A stretch of DNA of 64,000 nucleotides from Eledone cirrhosa (Eukaryota): positions 206,584,001 to 206,648,000 of the forward strand of contig OZ024741.1 of the NCBI GenBank assembly GCA_964016885.1, written 5' to 3'. How positions within the stretch are numbered: position 1 is the stretch's first letter; each line of letters opens with the position of its first letter. Below are positions 56,230 to 64,000 of this stretch, in pieces. Position numbers and translations under genes: made by a program. Below the pieces are notes generated by a model. That model did not search any database. It saw only the letters and a program-made list of their open reading frames with translations, and was not told where the DNA came from.

Positions 56230-56480
56230 AGTTATGTAATAAACAACATAAGATAATTAATTCATTTACCAGTGGTTTCTTGAAGAACAGAAATTTATAT
56301 CTGTCTTCAGTCGTCAGAATGAATGACATATTATTCATTCTGACGACTGAAGACAGATATAAATATATGTCTTCAAGTAAATGAATTAATTATCCTATGT
56401 GGTTTATTACATAACTAAAAAGCTCTGTAGCCTACATAGAGCACTCTGTTTTCCTTTACCTTTCCTACGGAAATACTTCA
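56230..56480. mobile_element. Fold-back element with hammerhead at 56260-56324 (-)
   Basis: ATTCATT-CTGACGA-CTGAAGACAGA..TCTGTTCTTCAA-GAAA-CCACTGG-TA-AATGAAT; mirror arm lacks the AAACCACTGG segment. Confidence 0.85.
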
Positions 56481-56508
56481 TATATATGCACATATATATA
56501 TGTATATA

Positions 56509-56880
<372 letters not shown>

Positions 56881-56938
56881 CATATACTGTACCGATAGTG
56901 TTGTTATTTCTCTTTACCTTTTACATACATATATATAA

Positions 56939-56998
<60 letters not shown>

Positions 56999-57001
<3 letters not shown>

Positions 57002-57977
57002 GAAAAATCTACCAAAAGTTTACGGTAGTGTCCAATCCGTATGAAGAACTCAATGTAATCCGGATATCATGAAAAGAGAAGATGCATTCAAAAACTACTT
57101 TCGGTGAAAAATAAACGGAAAACAGAGTCAAGATAAATTATTAAAAAAATAATGAATAAACAAAGAAGCAGTTCCTTATATTAAACAAAAAAAATCATTA
57201 TTTTACGATCGGTTCTAGGATATATATGTGTTAGAATTGGTATGCATATTCTATAGATCTATGTACAATATTTATACAAACTATCAGCGGGAATATACAT
57301 ACCTTCACATATATAAGCTGTCTTCAGAAATAATGATACTTGTTTATTGATAAGAACAAAGATTCAATACAATAGGTCTGTTTGGGAACAGGTTTTGAAT
57401 TGACCAATCGGGAGATAGTGAGGGTCAAGATAGTGATATAGCATTAGGAGAACCTTAAATTATGGGTAGGGGAAGTAGATTTCAGTTTTGGATGGAAAAA
57501 AGTATTATGAATGAAGGATTACTTTAGGGAAGAAGTAGGTCATATGTTGACCTCAGAAATAATTTTATTTGTTCATTGAATAAAACCAACAAAGATCAAA
57601 TATATTCCGTCTGTTTGGTAAGAGGTTTAGAATTAAACAATAGAAAGTTAATATTTGGCCAAATGGTAAAATAGTAGTAATTGAAACTTATTTTAGGGGT
57701 GAAATTAGGTCAGGTGGTCAGTAGAAGGTATACAAGCAGTTGCTGTTATAAAATAGTGATGCCAATACAAATATCTAGGGTGACCAGAGTTTTAAGATGA
57801 GGATATTAGTGAAAAAAATACATCTATGAAAAGGATATAAAATTAATTTAATTGATGGGTATATGTATATATATATATTGATAAAATTATACTAATACAT
57901 ATAGATGTGATAAATAAGAGTTAGATGCAGTTGAAAAGTGCTGTTAAGGATGAGGGGAGATTAAAAGAATATAAAAA

Positions 57978-58016
<39 letters not shown>

Positions 58017-58031
58017 TATACCTACATATAT

Positions 58032-58092
<61 letters not shown>

Positions 58093-58126
58093 CGCATACA
58101 TACACATACACACACAAACATATACC

Positions 58127-58157
<31 letters not shown>

Positions 58158-58197
58158 ATATACATATGTACATATACATACACACACACACACACAG

Positions 58198-58237
<40 letters not shown>

Positions 58238-59195
58238 TCACACACATATACACATATATATATATATACACATACATATACATATATATGTATTTTTACA
58301 CTCACATACATACACACATACATACATACACACTTATATACACACACATCCACACTTACATATACATATAATTATTGGGGGGGGGGATTAAATTTATTAG
58401 TGGGAAATAGTAAATATATATGTTTCAAGGAACATAGAGTCATATCCTGAAGTTAAAGCATTATATATGTTTACTTAATGGTATCAGTTTTAGGAAATGA
58501 TATTTGTAAGAAGGAAAGCCAAATTGTGTAGTTCATCATTAGTAGAATATTAATTATAGGTTAACTAAAATAAAAAAAATAAAAAATAAATAAATAAATA
58601 AAAAAAGTTTATATATTAATTTCTAAGGTGTATAATAATTAGGTTTATAATATTTAAAGCGGAATTATGTAGTTCATCAGTAGTAGAATATTAATTATAG
58701 CTTAACTAAATTAAACATAATTACATATGTTTACTTAATGGTATCAGTTTTAGGAAATGATATTTGTAAGAAGGAAAGCCAAATTATGTAGTTCATCAGT
58801 AGTAGAATATTAATTATAGGTTAACTAAATTAAAAATAGTTTATATATTAATTTCTAAAGTGTATATTAATTAGGTTTATAATATTTAAAGCAGAAATTT
58901 GTAATTCATCTGTAGTAGAATATTAATTATAGGTTAACTAAATTAAAATTAATTTATATATTAATTTCTAAAGTGTATATTAATGCCAATACAAATATCT
59001 AGGGTGACCAGAGTTTTAAGATAAGGATGTTAGTGAAAAAAATACATCTATGAAAAGGATATAAAATTAATTTAATTGATGGGTATATTTATATTGATAA
59101 AATTATACTAATACACATAGATGTGATAAATAAGAGTTAGAAGCAGTTGAAAAGTGCTGTTAAGGATGAGGGGAGATTAAAAGAATATAAAAATG

Positions 59196-59226
<31 letters not shown>

Positions 59227-59387
59227 TATACCTACATATATATACATACATACATACACACATACACACACATATATAATATATATATATATATACACAT
59301 ACATACACATACACACACAAACATATACCCATATATATATATATATATATATACGCATATATATATATGTACATATACATACACACA

Positions 59388-59429
<42 letters not shown>

Positions 59430-60570
59430 TATATACACACACACATATACACATATATATATATATATACATAAATATATATATTTTACACTCACATACA
59501 TACACACATACATACATACACACTTATATACACACACATCCACACTTACATATATATATAATTATTGGGGGGGGGGGATTAAATTTATTAGTGGGAAATA
59601 GTAAATATATATAGGTTTCAAGGAACATAGAGTCATAACCTGAAGTTAAAGCATTATATATGTTTACTTAATGGTATCAGTTTTAGGAAATGATATTTGT
59701 AAGAAGGAAAGCCAAATTATGTAGTTCATCATTAGTAGAATATTAATTATAGGTTAACTAAAATAAAAATAGTTTATATATTAATTTCTAAGGTGTATAA
59801 TAATTAGGTTTATAATATTTAAAGCGGAATTATGTAGTTCATCAGTAGTAGAATATTAATTATAGCTTAACTAAATTAAAAATAATTACATATGTTTACT
59901 TAATGGTATCAGTTTTAGGAAATGATATTTGTAAGAAGGAAAGCCAAATTATGTAGTTCATCAGTAGTAGAATATTAATTATAGGTTAACTAAATTAAAA
60001 ATAGTTTATATATTAATTTCTATAGTGTATATTAATTAGGTTTATAATATTTAAAGCAGAATATTGTATTTCATCTGTAGTAGAATTTTAATTATAGGTT
60101 AACTAAATTAAAATTAATTTATATATTAATTTCTAAAGTGTATATTAATTAGGTTTATAATATTTAAATTTTTTTCTCAGTTTATGATTACACGATATTA
60201 TTAATTCCTGTCGCTTATTTAATAGGATATCCTTAGATTTCATTATTTCGAAAAGTTCTTGGGAACACAATCTACATTCATTTCTACTATTTTGATAAGG
60301 GATGGCTCTTTTGAGCACACTCCAAGTCAGGTCATATTCTATATTCCTCTTTCTATAACTATTAATTTTTTCAGTTAGAGATAGAGGTATGTATATTCCC
60401 TCTGATAGTTTGTATAAATATTGTACATAGATCTATAGAATATGCATACCAATTCTAACACATATATATCCGAGAAACGATCGTAAAATAATGAATTTTT
60501 TTTGTTTAATATAAGGAACTGTTTCTTTGTTTATTCATTATTTTTTTAATAATTTATTTTTTTAATAATT
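56999..60570 (-). mobile_element. Long non-coding pLTR-like element with inverted end, long-stem-II hammerhead at 57197-57334 (-) and internal 1.2-kb tandem duplication
   Basis: 57134-57304 inverted at 60385-60557; ATTATTT-CTGAAGA-CAGCT-TATATATGTG...CACATATATA-TCCTA-GAAC-CGATCG-TA-AAATAAT; 57759-58982 repeated at 58983-60149. Confidence 0.8.
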
Positions 60571-60591
60571 TATATATATATATATATATAT

Positions 60592-60785
60592 ATAGGAGTA
60601 AGTAAGACCGCGACGGCTGAGCTCAAGCCGTTTCGACGGCTAATTCTGAGTACAGAATTAGCCGTCGAAACGGCTTGAGCTCAGCCGTCGGGGTCTTACT
60701 TACTCCTATTACCCACTCTACTACCCTAAGTATTAAGTACTTTGGTGCGTTATGGTCCACCTGGTTCCTTACCACTTTTCCCTCG

Positions 60786-60787
<2 letters not shown>
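60592..60787. mobile_element. Fold-back element, family E
   Basis: Arms 60593-60648 and 60653-60708; GAAA-CGGC(TTGAGCTCA)GCCG-TC-GGGG; flanked by (TA)n. Confidence 0.8.
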
Positions 60788-60875
<88 letters not shown>

Positions 60876-61321
60876 TCGTATGAATGAGCTTGTACACATA
60901 TTCGTGTACATGAATGTACACTTATCATTGACTAAGGTAAATACATATATAATAAAATATGATTGGTTTGTAAATGCACGCGTGTATATATATATATATA
61001 CAAATTTAAGATAGCTATGTGTGCCTACACACTTGTAAAATGTATCCCCTGTGATTGTTTCATATGTTTATTTATATGTTAATCGATTTCTAGTTGTTAT
61101 ATATATATATGTGTTTTACATGCCTGCATTGATATTCGCTGATAATAATTATTAACGTGTTTCTTCGGAAGACGTGAATCGAAACAATACACAACATACC
61201 TCACCATGTCCACATATATATGCATATGCACACATACGTATACATGCATAAACAGAAATCTGATAAATAAAACATTTCTAAATTTTCTATCTCATTCCCT
61301 AGATTGTTCTGGTTATTATAA

Positions 61322-61401
61322 TAACTGTTTCTACTTTAGACACAAGGCCAGCAAATACCAAGTACATTACTGGTACTTTAATTTATCGACCCCGTAAGGA
61401 T
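61322..61401 (-). mobile_element. SINE 3' fragment
   Basis: Reverse complement of the 31844 family 3' part. Confidence 0.75.
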
Positions 61402-62396
61402 AATTATTATAATAACATTATAATAATCTTGGAAATGTAATGATGAAGTTTACCATGTTATTCCATGGATTCGGTTTCGTTTACATGCCTTGGCATGTTT
61501 AAAAGGTGAATAGTTGCGCAAACACTCTTTTTTTGTACGATGTTGGCCAGTAAAAACAATCTTTGAAACTCCAATCAGGTAAATAAACAACACCCATACA
61601 CACAATCATGCATAGATATACACGCATAAATGCACACACACAAACATACACCCACAAGCACGCGTACACACACATCCACACAGACACACACACACACACA
61701 CACACAGACACACACACACACACACACACGCACAAGCGCGCGCGCACACGCATGCATACACACATAACATTGAGTCGCTCCAAATTTGTGAGTGGAAAAA
61801 TTTGTACATGCACGTCTTAGTGATCTTTCCTGTTCCTAGGTGGAAAACATAATCATCGTCTGATTGATCAGCCTTACTTGATCCATAACTACACTAAGGG
61901 TGGTAACATTTATCCATCATCCAAATTAAAACTCCCAACAAGCCTCTGATGCTTCTCATAGAATCCGTTCTGTTGTTGCTAGCGTTCATGTCAGATCTCC
62001 GATGTAAGAATGATTTGTTCTCGCTCTCATGTCAACCAGGAAGGTACATGAAATGGCTATGATGCGTTCTCCTCTCACTAGCTAGAGACAATATATGTTC
62101 ATTTTGTTATTTGTTAAATTGTTGATTTCATAGAGATATGAGGCGGTGGTCAGCGGCTGCGCATCCTTCAAGAATAGTGGATATATCATCAGAATTACAG
62201 TGGGAGGAGACGGGCAGGGTTTTGTCGATTGAAGTATTGATGGTGCTTTTAAATGATACACTATTAGTGAAAACAAACTTGATACTATCAAAAACTATGT
62301 GAAGAAGCCCGAGGAGTATTCAACAGTCTTAGCACCAAATGTATAAATATATGTAAATATAATTATGTATATGTGTTCATATAAATGTATATGTAT

Positions 62397-63090
62397 TATA
62401 AGAGCTACCACACTTTTTCCTGGACCTCACATAAAATTCTATATGTACTTGTAGCTTAATTGCTATGAATTAATGTTTTGTCTCTACTGGAGAGCATTTG
62501 GCTTGTGACAGACGTTGTGACTCAGGGCGGACTGTAGAACCGCTGGTAGTGTCCATCGTTTGTATATTTATTTAATACTTTTTACGGTTTCCCTTTAAAA
62601 AATTGTTTTTTTTTATCGTTGTCTTGTCGTCTCTCTGTTAGTTGTTTTAAATATATCAATACTAATGTGACGTACGTGTTTTGGCTGCGTCCCTACTCCA
62701 TTTATTGCAATGACTTACACATTTTGTAACACATCTTACTTTCTTCTTGCTGCTTTTTCTTTGCTTTTCTTTTTCATTCATGATTCTCGTGCTATAAGAG
62801 GCACCACACATTTTCCTTGACGTCACATAAAATTCTATGTGTACTTGTAGCTTAATTGCTATAAACTAATCTTTTGTCTCTTACACCACAGGACAACGTT
62901 TGGCTTGTGTCAGATGCTGTGATCCCGGGTGGGCAAGCTATACTATTGGTAATGGTCGAAACAGCCAAAGTCCACCTCAACGACCGATTACACTGGAGTT
63001 CTGTGTCCTTCGTTTTTACAACAATAATTTTTTAGGCTTCTCCTTAAAAAATTATTTTTCGTTCGTTGTCTTGTCCTCTCTTTGTTAATT
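62397..63090. repeat. Diverged ~400-bp tandem duplication (units start at 62397 and 62793)
   Basis: Shared TATAAGAG..CACATAAAATTCTAT.TGTACTTGTAGCTTAATTGCTAT..CGTTGTCTTGTC. Confidence 0.75.
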
Positions 63091-63101
63091 TTCTTAAGTT
63101 T

Positions 63102-63167
<66 letters not shown>

Positions 63168-63606
63168 GCAGGCCGCCCAGCCAGTGGGATGGCGTTATCT
63201 TATGGCTAAAACAGCACGACGTGCTCTGACCAGCAGCGCCGATTGGCGCCCGGCAGACTGGTCGGTCAAGGTGATATATATATATATAGAGAGATAGATA
63301 TATATGTATATATGTATTTAAATTTCGTATATCTAAAAAAATACGGTGTGTTTATAAATAAACATTTAGGAAGCCGTAGCTTTGCAAAAACACTGGCAGG
63401 TAAAGCCACCGAGCGGTGTCCACCAGAAGCAAGGGGGGCAGTCGTCGATGCATTTCGAACTTGGCTGGTTCTCGCCAGGACGATCTCTCCCACTTTTGCA
63501 ACTGCTGGACCTTGAAAACAGGCGAGAATATATACTATTCTCGTCTGTGAAAATGAGGTTATTAATCTCATTTGCATATGAAGCTGCATAAGTTGGCTCA
63601 ACTTAT

Positions 63607-63790
63607 AATTGTTTTTACTTTAGGCACAAGGCCAGCAATTACCCAGTGCATTACTGGTCCTTTATTTTATCGACCCCGTAAGGATGAAAGGCAAAGTCAA
63701 CCTCGGCGGGATTTGAACTCAGATCGTAAAGGGACGTAACTATGCTGGAAAGCATGGCGTCCGACCCTCTACCGATAGTGCCAATCCACC
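63607..63790 (-). mobile_element. tRNA-derived SINE, near full length, between two diverged repeat units (63320-63460 and 63855-63990)
   Basis: Reverse complement of the 31844 family. Confidence 0.88.
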
Positions 63791-64000
63791 TCAACTTATA
63801 ATAGAATAGAAATAGGATTTAGCTTCAAGTATAGCTGTATACAGATATGTATAGAAATTTCGTATTTCTAAATAAACACGGTATGTTCATAAATAAACAT
63901 TTAGATAGCCGTAGCTATGCAAAAACACTGGCAACTAACGCCACATAGTGGTGTCCAGCAGAAGCAAGGGGGACAATCTTTGATGCGTGGCATTAGCTGC

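Noticed and set aside
57921-59614. YI/HT/CV-repeat ORFs here and throughout the window
   Set aside because: Stop-free frames of (TA)n/(CA)n dinucleotide repeats
58460-60170. Regularly recurring ~30-bp motif resembling a CRISPR array
   Set aside because: The intervening sequences are themselves repeated; eukaryotic minisatellite, no cas genes
61156-61192. CGGAAGA..CGAAA hammerhead-like string
   Set aside because: No stem II and no UH cleavage triplet in register

Overview
AT-rich, microsatellite-saturated animal genomic DNA with no intact host gene visible. The repeat complement, especially the SINE, suggests a mollusc such as an octopus; this is inference. The window is a graveyard of nested transposons: Penelope-like elements (PLEs; RT plus GIY-YIG endonuclease with a CxC..CPL..C motif, Naiad-like), RTE, R4/Dong and Tx1-like LINE fragments, a tRNA-derived SINE family, a Tigger-like MITE and probable Helitron ends. 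The main hidden structure is a population of more than 25 type-I hammerhead ribozyme (HHR) motifs or half-motifs from about a dozen distinct sequence families. They sit in PLE pseudo-LTRs and in about a dozen short protein-free fold-back (inverted-repeat) elements, mostly inserted in (TA)n, with HHR sequence on both arms pointing outward. Stem II covaries across copies. Several families carry non-canonical cores: U3-A8, U4C, U4A, GCAA instead of GAAA, a U·U pair at the base of stem II, and 60-140 nt stem-II insertions. All folds were read by eye and none has been tested for cleavage.
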